Below, piece by piece: positions 1-9,111 of a stretch of DNA of 64,000 nucleotides. Both the position numbers and the translations under genes were made by a program. Every line of letters starts with the position of its first letter. Position 1 is the first letter of the stretch. This stretch comes from an uncultured cyanobacterium (GTDB taxonomy: Bacteria > Cyanobacteriota > Cyanobacteriia > Cyanobacteriales > Nostocaceae), in assembly GCA_963706595.1 (NCBI GenBank), contig OY970166.1, forward strand, positions 576,001 through 640,000, read 5' to 3'. The notes beneath the pieces are model-generated. The model searched no databases and had not been told where the DNA came from. It saw nothing but the letters and a program-made list of their open reading frames with translations.

Positions 1-149
1 TATAATAGAGATAGATTTAGATAAGATATTACTTCCAAAAAATTTACTTTAGAAAATACATCTGTTTGACGTTAGGAATATATTCCTTAATTGCTCTCCT
101 TATGAATTGAGTTGCCTTTTCTAAAGTGCCTATATAAAGGATACTCCTA

Positions 150-887
150 ATGTCAATGGATAATCATAAACTAGAGGCGACAAAAAATCGTCTGCTTGCT
201 GCTTTGCCTAATGCTGAATATGAGCGACTTATTCCTCACTTAAATCCTATTGAACTACCATTTGGGAAGGTTCTGATCGAGCCAGGAGAAGCAATTACAG
301 ATGTTTATTTCCCCCATAAGGCAGTAGTTTCTTTAATAACGATTATGGAAAACGGGTCTTCTGTGGAAGTCGGTATAGTGAGTAATGAAGGTATGGTGGG
401 CATCCCTGTAATTTTGGGAGGCAACCAATCAACTACCAAAGCGATTGTGCAAGTTCCTGACGGTGGTTTGCAAATGAAAGCAGATGTATTGAAAAGTGAG
501 TTTGATCGGGGTGGAATACTGCAAAACATCCTACTGCGCTACTTCCAAACTTTATATACCCAAGTTTCACAAGGAGCCGCCTGCAATCGTCTTCATAGCC
601 TAGAGCAGCGCCTCGCTCGTTGGCTACTAACTGTCTCTGACCGGATGGAATCAGATGATTTTCCACTCACTCAAGAATTTATTGGTCAGATGCTAGGTGT
701 CCGCCGTTCTGGTGTGACTGTGGCAGCTAGAACTCTTAGCCAAGAAGGAATTATTCACTATAGCCGTGGTAATATTAGCATCCAGAATCGCCAGGCTTTA
801 GAAGCTACTTCTTGTGAATGTTATCAGGTGATGAAAAACGAGTTTGATCAACTCTTGGGCAAAGGATCTGATCGACGGGGGACATAA
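150..887 (+). CDS. Crp/Fnr family transcriptional regulator
   Basis: cNMP-binding-like N-terminal domain and C-terminal Crp HTH (LEQRLARWLL...LTQEFIGQMLGVRRSGVTVAA). Confidence 0.93.
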   Translation: MSMDNHKLEATKNRLLAALPNAEYERLIPHLNPIELPFGKVLIEPGEAITDVYFPHKAVVSLITIMENGSSVEVGIVSNEGMVGIPVILGGNQSTTKAIVQVPDGGLQMKADVLKSEFDRGGILQNILLRYFQTLYTQVSQGAACNRLHSLEQRLARWLLTVSDRMESDDFPLTQEFIGQMLGVRRSGVTVAARTLSQEGIIHYSRGNISIQNRQALEATSCECYQVMKNEFDQLLGKGSDRRGT

Positions 888-904
888 ATATTTTGCAGTT
901 TCTA

Positions 905-948
905 TGTGCGAAACCGGACAGACACCTAAAGTTGAGTTTGTGTAACCT
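905..948 (+). promoter_or_regulatory. Candidate Crp-family operator plus -10 box upstream of the receiver gene
   Basis: Imperfect palindrome TGTGCG-AAAC-CGGACA (905-920), then 22 nt, then TAACCT (943-948). Confidence 0.5.
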
Positions 949-1015
949 ATAAATTGTGGGAAAATTCGATGTCGTTTCTACTCAGGGTGTTATAACTACA
1001 CGAGGGTAAGATTTA

Positions 1016-1483
1016 ATGTATACTCAATCCATGTCAGTTCAAGGTCTACGCTTGCTCGTTGTTGATGATGATGCTGACACCAGACAAATTTTAAATATCC
1101 TCTTTGAATTGGAAGGAGCGAAGGTAATAGCTGTCGCTTCGGCAAATGAGGCTCTAGAAGTAATATCTCAATTTAAACCTGACATTTTAATTAGTGATAT
1201 ATATCTACCGGATGAAGATGGCTACTCTTTGCTACCAAAACTTAGAAATTTGATGGCAGCACAAGGAAAAGAGATTGCCGCCATTGCTTTAACCGGATTT
1301 GCTAGGGAAGAAGACCGCATATATGCATTTGCTTCCGGTTTTCAGACACACTTATGCAAGCCGATAAATTTAGATGAATTAGTCTATGCGGTTGCTAGTC
1401 TGGCTAGCTGTAACCAAGCAGTTTCTTTGTCAGGCGAACTGATAAGTCAGTGCTGGCGCGATCGCTCTTTAGCCAAATCGTAA
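1016..1483 (+). CDS. Single-domain response regulator (receiver)
   Basis: LLVVDDD, PDILISDIYLP, LTG and KP receiver motifs. Confidence 0.9.
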   Translation: MYTQSMSVQGLRLLVVDDDADTRQILNILFELEGAKVIAVASANEALEVISQFKPDILISDIYLPDEDGYSLLPKLRNLMAAQGKEIAAIALTGFAREEDRIYAFASGFQTHLCKPINLDELVYAVASLASCNQAVSLSGELISQCWRDRSLAKS

Positions 1484-1603
1484 TTTTTCTATTTAATATT
1501 TGTGGGGTAGGTGTCTTCTTACTCCCGGAATTTTTGACGTGTGTTAGCGTCACTGTACGCAGTTTGATACCATCTCACAAGCCAATTTGGCATTTTTCTT
1601 GAT

Positions 1604-1687
1604 TAGACATCTCCGATAAAGTAGAGACGTTCCATGGAACGTCTCTAAAACTGTGATCACGCATATTTTATTTTCACCAGATGTCTA
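1604..1687. mobile_element. Miniature inverted-repeat element, TAGACATCT family
   Basis: Terminal inverted repeats TAGACATCT/AGATGTCTA and an internal perfect 26-bp palindrome TAGAGACGTTCCATGGAACGTCTCTA. Related copies near 28800, 48435 and 50371. Confidence 0.7.
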
Positions 1688-1773
1688 TTTGTCTGTCCCT
1701 GAATCAGTATATCCGGTGTTGTATTTTGCTCGCGGTTCAAAACACTTTCGTAATTTAAATATTTATGAGTTAT

Positions 1774-1789
1774 TGTAAACAAAGTTACA
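1774..1789. promoter_or_regulatory. Possible NtcA box
   Basis: TGTA-AACAAAGT-TACA fits GTA-N8-TAC, but there is no clean -10 at 22 nt on either strand. Confidence 0.35.
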
Positions 1790-2360
1790 TTCTTAGTGTA
1801 ATGCAGTCAATTAGAAAATATTAATTAATCTAAAGGAATTATATTGGTGTTATGAATTACTAATATGATTTTTAAGAAATTTATGGTAGTGTAAATATCA
1901 TAAGTAGATTTTCTAGTCTGTTAAGTAAGAATTTATCTGCGTCTATCCTCTTCTATGGACGGTTAATTATTTCTTAGTACCTACTAATGTGGAAATCGCT
2001 ATATATCAATTAAACAAATTAGTTACTCTTTGAAGCTTCAAAAGGATTAGTATTTTTTGAGACATGATTTAATGGTGACTATGTTTACAGGAGCTACTTA
2101 TATGCGGTGCTAGAAGTAGCCAAAATGCAACCCTGGTTATAAATTAATTTTTATTCTTTGCATAGTTTGCGAATTAAAGCTTTGAGGTTCATAGCGAATA
2201 AAAAATTGCAACTTAGCTGGTCTAAAATGCTGCGAACCGTATTGACAATCTAGGAATAATGGAATAACAAGGTGGCAGCACATAAAAAAATACCTTAACT
2301 CACCCCTGCCACAAAACTCAGTCAAGCTCTTAACAAAAAATCACGTAATTAAGATAAATC

Positions 2361-2597
2361 ATGCCACAAAATACTGACCACAAAGCTGCCAATTCAGCTA
2401 CTCAAGCAATCGCCTACAAAGCACGTCTGAATTCTTGGGCGATCGCTCGTTTACTTCCTGATGCACAACGGGAGATTGTGGCTCATTTCCGGACTCGTTC
2501 TGATGCCGATGGTTATATGCAACATTTAATGCAAACAACACCTGATGCTTCGTTCATGGTGGTTTTTGATTGCCAACGCGAGGAAGCTGTGATTTAA
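2361..2597 (+). CDS. Small conserved cyanobacterial hypothetical protein
   Basis: The W-x-I-x-RLLP...VAHFRTRSDADGY...VVFD pattern resembles a recurrent Nostocales small-protein family. TTGACA lies upstream. Confidence 0.7.
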   Translation: MPQNTDHKAANSATQAIAYKARLNSWAIARLLPDAQREIVAHFRTRSDADGYMQHLMQTTPDASFMVVFDCQREEAVI

Positions 2598-2673
2598 GGT
2601 TCTGATCAAGGCGATCGCACCTGAAGGGGAATTAATCAGGCGATCGCTTTTCAAATCGCACAATTAAGAGAAC

Positions 2674-2874
2674 TTAACGCGATTCAGTTCCCTGATTGGG
2701 ACTACCAGCCACAGTATCTTCTCCTGGTGCTTCAGGTTTAGCACTGTTTTTAGCCTCACTTTCAACAGCATTGCCAGTCTTACGGATTCCAGGTTCCACA
2801 GGAGTTTGATAACCACCCGCAGCAGTGGGTGTAGTTTCTTTAGAGTCAGATTTTTGTTTTTGCTCTTCCGGCAT
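2674..2874 (-). CDS. Small hydrophilic hypothetical protein
   Basis: 66-aa ORF with an AGGA RBS-like sequence upstream, convergent with 2361..2597 across a HIP1-pair hairpin. Confidence 0.65.
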   Translation of the reverse strand: MPEEQKQKSDSKETTPTAAGGYQTPVEPGIRKTGNAVESEAKNSAKPEAPGEDTVAGSPNQGTESR

Positions 2875-3011
2875 AATTGCAGTCCTATGATTTAATTATT
2901 GAAATTATTTTAAGCAACTCATAAGTATAAATTCATCTATCAAAAATATGATCATCCCTGATTGATTCCTCTCTCAAAAGGATTATTCAGTCTTACCTAT
3001 TTAGAATCATA

Positions 3012-3211
3012 TAGGACTCCTATCTGATTTTTGTTGGCGTAGCCTGCGCTATGCGCTTACAATCTCGACATAACGCAAAAAGGTTATTCCCCACTCCCCA
3101 CTCCCTACTCCCTACTCCCCACTCCCCACTCCCCACTCCCTACTCCCTACTCCCCACTCCCCACTCCCTACTCCCTACTCCCCACTCCCCACTCCCCACT
3201 CCCCAGCTATA
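3012..3211 (+). mobile_element. Composite miniature element (TAGGACTCCTA end) carrying an STRR array
   Basis: Head TAGGACTCCTATCTGATTTTTGTTGGCGTAGCCTGCGC recurs inverted at ~7800 and ~49032. Tail is a CCC(C/T)ACT array ending CCCCAGCTATA. Confidence 0.7.
3089..3204. repeat. STRR heptamer array CCC(C/T)ACT, about 16 units
   Basis: Tandem repeat seen directly. Confidence 0.95.
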
Positions 3212-3323
3212 TCAGTAGAATTACTGTTATCTTTATGAAGATAAGATGAAGAACCCATAATTGCTGATGTGTTGTTGATAGCGACCGTTCAGATTCCCAA
3301 TCTAGTTACAAACCTTTTCAATT

Positions 3324-3971
3324 GTGAACTACTACATCTACCTGCACGGTTTTGCCTCCAGCCCAAAATCTGCCAAAGCACAGGATCTAAGCGATCGCTT
3401 TGCCCAAATTCAGACAAAGCTGAAAATTCCCGATTTAAATGCTGGGGATTTTTCCCAATTAACTATGACTCGGCAAATCACTCAAGTTGCCGCCGAATTT
3501 CCTGATAATTCAACGCCTGTCACCCTCATTGGTTCTAGTTTAGGCGGTTTAACATCTGCCCATTTAGGACAGCAATATCCACAAGTGCAACGCCTGGTTT
3601 TACTCGCACCAGCTTTTGGGTTTTTATCCCATTGGTTAACCAAGCTGGGAGATGAACAAATCCAGCGTTGGCAACAAGAACAATATTTGATGATTCACCA
3701 CTATGAGCAAGGGCGATCGCTTCCCCTCAGTTATAATTTCGTCACAGATGCAGCGCCATATCAAGAAGAAATATTACAACGCCCCATACCCACCCTGATA
3801 TTGCATGGCAAACAGGACGAAGTGATTCCCATTACAGCTAGTCGGGAATTTGCGCGATCGCGTCCTTGGGTAGAATTACTCGAACTCGACAGCGATCACA
3901 GCTTAGGTAACGTCATGGCAGAAATTTGGCCAGCAATTCACCGATTCTGCCAGTTCCCGCAAACAAGCTAA
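3324..3971 (+). CDS. YqiA/YcfP-family alpha/beta hydrolase (esterase)
   Basis: YLHGFASSP, GSSLGG nucleophile elbow, HGxxDEV, SDH. Confidence 0.9.
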   Translation: MNYYIYLHGFASSPKSAKAQDLSDRFAQIQTKLKIPDLNAGDFSQLTMTRQITQVAAEFPDNSTPVTLIGSSLGGLTSAHLGQQYPQVQRLVLLAPAFGFLSHWLTKLGDEQIQRWQQEQYLMIHHYEQGRSLPLSYNFVTDAAPYQEEILQRPIPTLILHGKQDEVIPITASREFARSRPWVELLELDSDHSLGNVMAEIWPAIHRFCQFPQTS

Positions 3972-4024
3972 AATAACTAACACCTTAGTCACGTGTTACT
4001 TTTCTCTGACTAATAACCAAAATT

Positions 4025-5173
4025 ATGCTTCCTTTTATCCGGTCAGACTTAGCCGAATTTACAGCTTATAAACCCCACCCCAGCAGTGATACAGCCGCAG
4101 CGATTCCTGTACAGTTGGATCGGCTAGATACGAACGAAAGTCCTTATGATTTGCCACCAGAATTAAAAGAAAAACTGGCTTGGACATATCAGCAAGTAAT
4201 TGAAACAAATCGTTATCCTGACGGTGGACATGAGACACTTAAGGATGCGATCGCTCAATATGTCAATGAGTCCGCATCCCTCACCTCATCTGTATTTACG
4301 GCTGCCAATATTTCTCTAGGCAATGGTTCAGATGAACTAATCCGTTCATTATTAATCGCCACCTGTCTGGGGGGAGAAGGCTCAATTTTAGTCGCCAATC
4401 CCACTTTCTCCATGTATGGAATTTTAGCCAAAACCTTGGGAATTCCCGTGGTGACGGTGGACAGAAATCCAGATAATTTTGAAATTGACTTAAAATCTGC
4501 CCAATCTGCCATCGAACAAACTCAAAATCCGCCAATTCGAGTAGTTTTTGTGGTGCATCCTAATTCTCCCACAGGTAACTGTTTAACTGCGGCGGAATTG
4601 TCATGGTTAAGAAGTTTGGGTGAGCAAATTTTGGTGGTAATAGATGAAGCTTACTTTGAATTTAGCCAGACTACCCTAGTTAGTGAATTAGCACAGCGTC
4701 CTAACTGGGTAGTGCTAAGAACTTTTTCTAAAGCCTTCCGGTTAGCAGCACTCAGAGTGGGTTATTGTGTCGCTCATCCACAGGCGATCGCGATCTTAGA
4801 AAAAGTCCGCTTACCTTATAATCTTCCTAGCTTCTCCATCGCTGCGTCCTTAGCTGCTATGCAAAATAGCCAACTTCTACTCAAAGCAATTTCCCCCACC
4901 TTGGATGAACGAGACAAACTGATAGAAATTTTATCCCCACATCCAGCCTTACAAGTGACAAAAAGTGCTGCTAACTTTGTTTTCCTGCGTCTCCAAGCCA
5001 ATCTCTCTGACACACAAAATGCTAGTTTAAAAATTCTTCACCAAAAACTTAAGATGAATGGCACTCTTGTCCGCGAAATTAGCGGCGGATTGCGAATTAC
5101 CATCGGCACATCAGACGAAAACACCCGTACCATCAATAGAATACAAGCTGCATTGGCAAATCTAAAATTTTAA
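4025..5173 (+). CDS. hisC: Histidinol-phosphate aminotransferase
   Basis: [35 protein letters not shown] (PLP lysine). Confidence 0.92.
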   Translation: MLPFIRSDLAEFTAYKPHPSSDTAAAIPVQLDRLDTNESPYDLPPELKEKLAWTYQQVIETNRYPDGGHETLKDAIAQYVNESASLTSSVFTAANISLGNGSDELIRSLLIATCLGGEGSILVANPTFSMYGILAKTLGIPVVTVDRNPDNFEIDLKSAQSAIEQTQNPPIRVVFVVHPNSPTGNCLTAAELSWLRSLGEQILVVIDEAYFEFSQTTLVSELAQRPNWVVLRTFSKAFRLAALRVGYCVAHPQAIAILEKVRLPYNLPSFSIAASLAAMQNSQLLLKAISPTLDERDKLIEILSPHPALQVTKSAANFVFLRLQANLSDTQNASLKILHQKLKMNGTLVREISGGLRITIGTSDENTRTINRIQAALANLKF

Positions 5174-5704
5174 CTAACTGCCCAAACGGCGGACTATACC
5201 TACCGTTTGTGGCAACACCCCAACTAAAAGGGCAAAGACAATATCAGGCATTTCAGCCACCACTGGTAGTGGAAAATATTGTTCAAATTGGTCTAAAATT
5301 TTCTGGACTCGTTGCTGTGGAAGCGGGTGTTCTGTAATTTGCTTGACTAACCGAATCCACTGTCGCCTAATTAAATAAGCCTTCTGACGCTCCTCATTAG
5401 ATTCGGGAGTTAATAAAGACAAATTGCCTATAGGCATTACCCTTTGACAATCACTATCATAATTCCCGCCCACGGCTGCACCCGGCCCTGCAAATTCTGC
5501 ATGATAGCGTTTAAAGATGATTAAACCATTGCGCTTACGACTATTAACAACAAAAACCTTTCCACTTTGCAGTAGTGTGAGGATATCCGAGCTGTATAAT
5601 TGCTCAGTTCCATCTGTCATCACAAGATGGTCTAGAAGAATAGTGTCAGGGTGGTAAATTGATACCATAGCAGCTTGATAGCGTCGGTAGCTTTCGCTAT
5701 CCAT
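5174..5704 (-). CDS. Conserved cyanobacterial hypothetical protein
   Basis: 176-aa ORF with a HAEFAGPGAAVGG motif and a possible HTH-like C-terminus. Start uncertain. Confidence 0.7.
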   Translation of the reverse strand: MDSESYRRYQAAMVSIYHPDTILLDHLVMTDGTEQLYSSDILTLLQSGKVFVVNSRKRNGLIIFKRYHAEFAGPGAAVGGNYDSDCQRVMPIGNLSLLTPESNEERQKAYLIRRQWIRLVKQITEHPLPQQRVQKILDQFEQYFPLPVVAEMPDIVFALLVGVLPQTVGIVRRLGS

Positions 5705-6419
5705 GTTTTCTCGAACTTACAGATAATTTGGTAGTTTTATGCACTTCAAGCGGGTACTTAGATGAGATTAAATCAGATTTTAATGTTTCTTTAGAACTTC
5801 TTGATAAAAAAAGTTACTGGTTTCTGTAACTAAGATAGCAAAAAACAGAATTTCTTTATTATTAATTAATCATATTTTATGAGATTTAGTGGAATTTGTC
5901 GTCGAAAATCAGTGATACTTTTTTAAAGTTTTTATAAAGATAAATTCCTAAATAAAAAGTTAGTATGAGTTTTGGGAAGTTGATTCAGCGTAGTTTTACG
6001 GTTGTTCCATTACCATTTATCTTTTAAATTCTCACTCATTTGCTATTTAGCTACGCCATCAAATCTACATAATATATTAGGCATACAGTAGTTTTCCTTT
6101 AAATGAAGTACAGATTTATCTGTGTTCATCTGTACTTCATTATTTAACTTGTACCTCACAAACCTGCAATAAGCGGTAATTAGAATCCGCATAATTGGGT
6201 GATTTTTTATTGATATCAAATTACGAGCGTAAATTTTTGCTCAAAATAATGATCATTTGTTTGAGCAAAAATAAAGTTTTTTGTCATCTTTATTCGCCTT
6301 ACTCAACTTAAAACCACACCGCCAGTGTTATTACGTAAGTAGAAACTCTGGTAATTCTTTAGCTCTTTATGTAAATTTGAGAGAATTACTCAGATGATCA
6401 TCTAGCAGATGAGTATTAT

Positions 6420-6525
6420 TATAGCGGTATGCACTTGAATGAAATACATCATAGCCCCCTCCTTGCTTGCGGGGAGGGGGTTGGGGGTAGGGTTCTTGTA
6501 TCTCACTCAACCGAGAACCGCTATA
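6420..6525. mobile_element. MITE-like element with ~29-bp imperfect terminal inverted repeats
   Basis: Left end TATAGCGGTATGCACTTGAATGAAATACA; right end reverse complement TATAGCGGTTCTCGGTTGAGTGAGATACA; GC-rich hairpin inside. Confidence 0.7.
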
Positions 6526-6637
6526 GCTAGATTGAAAAGTGACCAAATCACTAATTTATGCTTGCATAAAAGCTAATCCACCAAATTTTGCCCCAATGTA
6601 GCCCATATATTAAAAATCACACATTTAGCTATAAAGT

Positions 6638-7261
6638 TTATAAAATTTCATCAATTTTAACACTCAGGTGTTTACGCAATAAAATTTGCCGGGAGCTTCT
6701 GAGGAAAAATGTATTCCAATTAGATTCTAATTTATACGCCTTATATCCCAGCTTGAAATAAAGTTGCCGTGCCTGATGGTTATTTTCCAAGACGTGGAGG
6801 TATAAGTCTTGAAATCCCCACTCATGAGAGAATTTTTCACAGCTAATCAGTAGCTCTGAAGCGACACCGTGCCGACGATACTTGGGGTGAACAGCTAAAT
6901 TAGACAGATAAGGAAAACTCTTATCCCCCTGTATCCAAGAATCATTGAAACGCACACCCAATTCTACAGTTCCCACTAAGTGATGAGTTGCAGCAGTAGT
7001 AGTGTCAATAGCAACCAAACAAACATGATGGGGAGCAGGTAATGAGAAGCGATGTTTGAGGTCTTCGTAAATACCCAAACGTAGTAGCGGAAAAGCCCAT
7101 CCCCAGAAACCATCATGTCCGTGAAAACTTTCAGCAATAATGTGGGCAATACCAGTCAAATCATCAGGTGTAGCCGCACGAATTTGGAATTGCCAGGAAG
7201 CTTGTTCGGCGGCAGATATGACTGGCTCTTGGTGGTAAGGATCAAAAAACCAGGATGTCAA
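6638..7261 (-). CDS. GNAT family N-acetyltransferase
   Basis: YLSNLAVHPKYRRHGVA (acetyl-CoA motif A) and LHVLENNHQARQLYFKLGY. Confidence 0.92.
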   Translation of the reverse strand: MTSWFFDPYHQEPVISAAEQASWQFQIRAATPDDLTGIAHIIAESFHGHDGFWGWAFPLLRLGIYEDLKHRFSLPAPHHVCLVAIDTTTAATHHLVGTVELGVRFNDSWIQGDKSFPYLSNLAVHPKYRRHGVASELLISCEKFSHEWGFQDLYLHVLENNHQARQLYFKLGYKAYKLESNWNTFFLRSSRQILLRKHLSVKIDEIL

Positions 7262-7476
7262 GGCTAGTTTAGTATTGATTTAATTAAAGGAAAATTGCTC
7301 AAATATCTGAAAACACTGTAGAAGCTGGATGAAAATTCAAATTTAACCTAGATAACTGAGTTGGCATTGAAATTCTAACTTAATACGGATTATTTAACTA
7401 ATTCACTTCATCCAAAATAACCTGTGGAGGTAGCTTTTTTTGGTAAATTCGCGACTTCTAAGCTTACTTGCGTAGG

Positions 7477-7635
7477 TGGGGAGTGGGGAGTGGGGAGTGG
7501 GGAGTGGAGTGGGGAGTGGGGAGTGGGGAGTGGGGAGTGGGGAGTGGGGAGTGGGGAGTGGGAAGTGGGAAGTGGGGAGTGGGGAGTGGGGAGTGGGGAG
7601 TGGGGAGTGGGGAGTGGGGAGTGGGGAGTGGGGGG
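7477..7635. repeat. STRR heptamer array GGGGAGT, about 22 units
   Basis: Tandem repeat seen directly. Confidence 0.95.
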
Positions 7636-7800
7636 AAGAGGAAGGTTGTTAAGTAAAGAAGTTTAAAGTAATTTCTATTTCTAACTCCCCCTTGCACCCT
7701 GCACCCTGCTCCCCTGCTTCTTCTGGGGAGTGGGAAACACCTTTTTGAGTTGTAAGCGCAAAGCGCAGGCTACGCCAACAGAAATCAAATAGGAGTCCTA
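7477..7800 (-). mobile_element. Composite miniature element (TAGGACTCCTA family) with a nested second element
   Basis: Head matches the copy at 3012. The internal segment ~7636-7722 matches ~32307-32390. Confidence 0.65.
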
Positions 7801-7861
7801 TTCCTATATGTGTCCTCCTGAGTCGGTCAAATCCTCATGGGCTGTCTGCTCCCGACGCTGT

Positions 7862-7926
7862 AAAAAATAAAAAGCCATACAACATCATATTGCATGGCTT
7901 TTGGTGTAGTGTGAGGAGCTTAACTA
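7862..7926 (-). ncRNA. Candidate small RNA with a Yfr1-like CUCCUCACAC motif
   Basis: Minus strand: -10-like TATGAT (7938-7933), then AGCTCCTCACACTACAC, then hairpin AAAAGCCAT...ATGGCTTTT and a U-rich tail. Confidence 0.6.
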
Positions 7927-8137
7927 AGTACCATCATAAAGTAATGCCAAACTGGCAGAACACTCGTAACAATTTTGGTAACGAAATTTTTTTTTATGCA
8001 ATTACGCTAGCATAGCTTGTAGTTAAAACAGCCGCCTCGCGCATCTCCCCAGAGGTAAGGGTAATAAAGTAGAAGACTGGCAAAAATATTTTGTAATTTT
8101 ACCTCACCAGGTACTTAATCACTAATCCCTGGTGAGA

Positions 8138-9094
8138 TTATTGTAATAATCTATAAATGATGCCACTAATAATTGTGGCCATAGGTAAAGTTAAAATCCA
8201 CGAAAATAAAATCTGATAAAAAACACGCGCCTTGGCTTGGTTCTCCATCAGTCCTACACCAAAAATAGAACTGACTGAAACTTGAGTCATGGAAACAGGA
8301 AGGCCAAAATAACTAGACGCAATGACCAAAATTCCAGTTACCATGTTTGCAGATAATCCCTGATGATGATTCATCGCGGTAATTTTTTCGCTCATCGTTT
8401 GGGCGATTTTTTGGGAGTTGAGTAAACCACCTAAGCCCATTGCCATTGCTATTGTTAGCATTCCTCCCTGAACTGAAAAATAATCAATAATTAAAACAAG
8501 TGAAACAATTTTAGGAGTATCATTAAACCCTCTACTAAAACTGATCATACCCGCACTGATAAAGTGGCAAGTATCAATTATTCTAGGATTGGCTTGCCAC
8601 TTTAATTTAGAATTGATATAGTGCAGTGATCTATGGGTTACTACTGCTAAAAAAATAGCAATAATCGGACTGAGAAGTAGGGGTAAAAGAAATAATCTTT
8701 CCAAAGCTGCAAAATTAACTTTCAGTCCAATAGCTACTAAACCAGTTCCAAGTAGCGCACCTGTGATAGTGTGAGTTGTAGAAATGGGGAATCCTGTTAG
8801 GGCAGCAACTAGCACGGTTAAGCCGGTGGTGATAGCTACTGCTAAATGAATTTCTGGGACATTAGCGATCGCATCTGGAAATATACCTTGACCAGTAAAA
8901 TTTTTTACCAAGTTTCCTGCCCAGAAAACCGCAGCTACTCCACCAGCAAAAGTTGTAAAACTTGCCCACAAAATTGCTGTTTGATAACTAGTTGTCCGGC
9001 TACCAAATAGTGTCGCTACACCTTTAAAGTTGTCGTTGGCTCCATTGGAATAAGCTAAAAAAAGCGTAGCCAGAAATAAACTGATTATTAACAT
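8138..9094 (-). CDS. Inorganic phosphate transporter (PiT family)
   Basis: PiT signatures NGANDNFKG and RGFNDTPK, PISTTH, many TM helices. I chose the ATG at 9094 because the longer start overlaps the arsM remnant. Confidence 0.88.
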   Translation of the reverse strand: MLIISLFLATLFLAYSNGANDNFKGVATLFGSRTTSYQTAILWASFTTFAGGVAAVFWAGNLVKNFTGQGIFPDAIANVPEIHLAVAITTGLTVLVAALTGFPISTTHTITGALLGTGLVAIGLKVNFAALERLFLLPLLLSPIIAIFLAVVTHRSLHYINSKLKWQANPRIIDTCHFISAGMISFSRGFNDTPKIVSLVLIIDYFSVQGGMLTIAMAMGLGGLLNSQKIAQTMSEKITAMNHHQGLSANMVTGILVIASSYFGLPVSMTQVSVSSIFGVGLMENQAKARVFYQILFSWILTLPMATIISGIIYRLLQ

Positions 9095-9111
9095 TTTGGG
9101 GGCGTTAAAAG

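Noticed and set aside
3089..3204. Repeat arrays as CRISPR
   Set aside because: 7-bp tandem units without spacers, and no cas genes in the window.
7424..7697. ORFs with GSGEWGV / PHSPLPT repeats
   Set aside because: They are translations of the heptamer STRR array, with no sign of real coding.
7904..7960. Yfr2-like RNA on the plus strand (GTGTGAGGAG)
   Set aside because: No downstream GGAAAC-containing hairpin; promoter and terminator fit the minus strand better.
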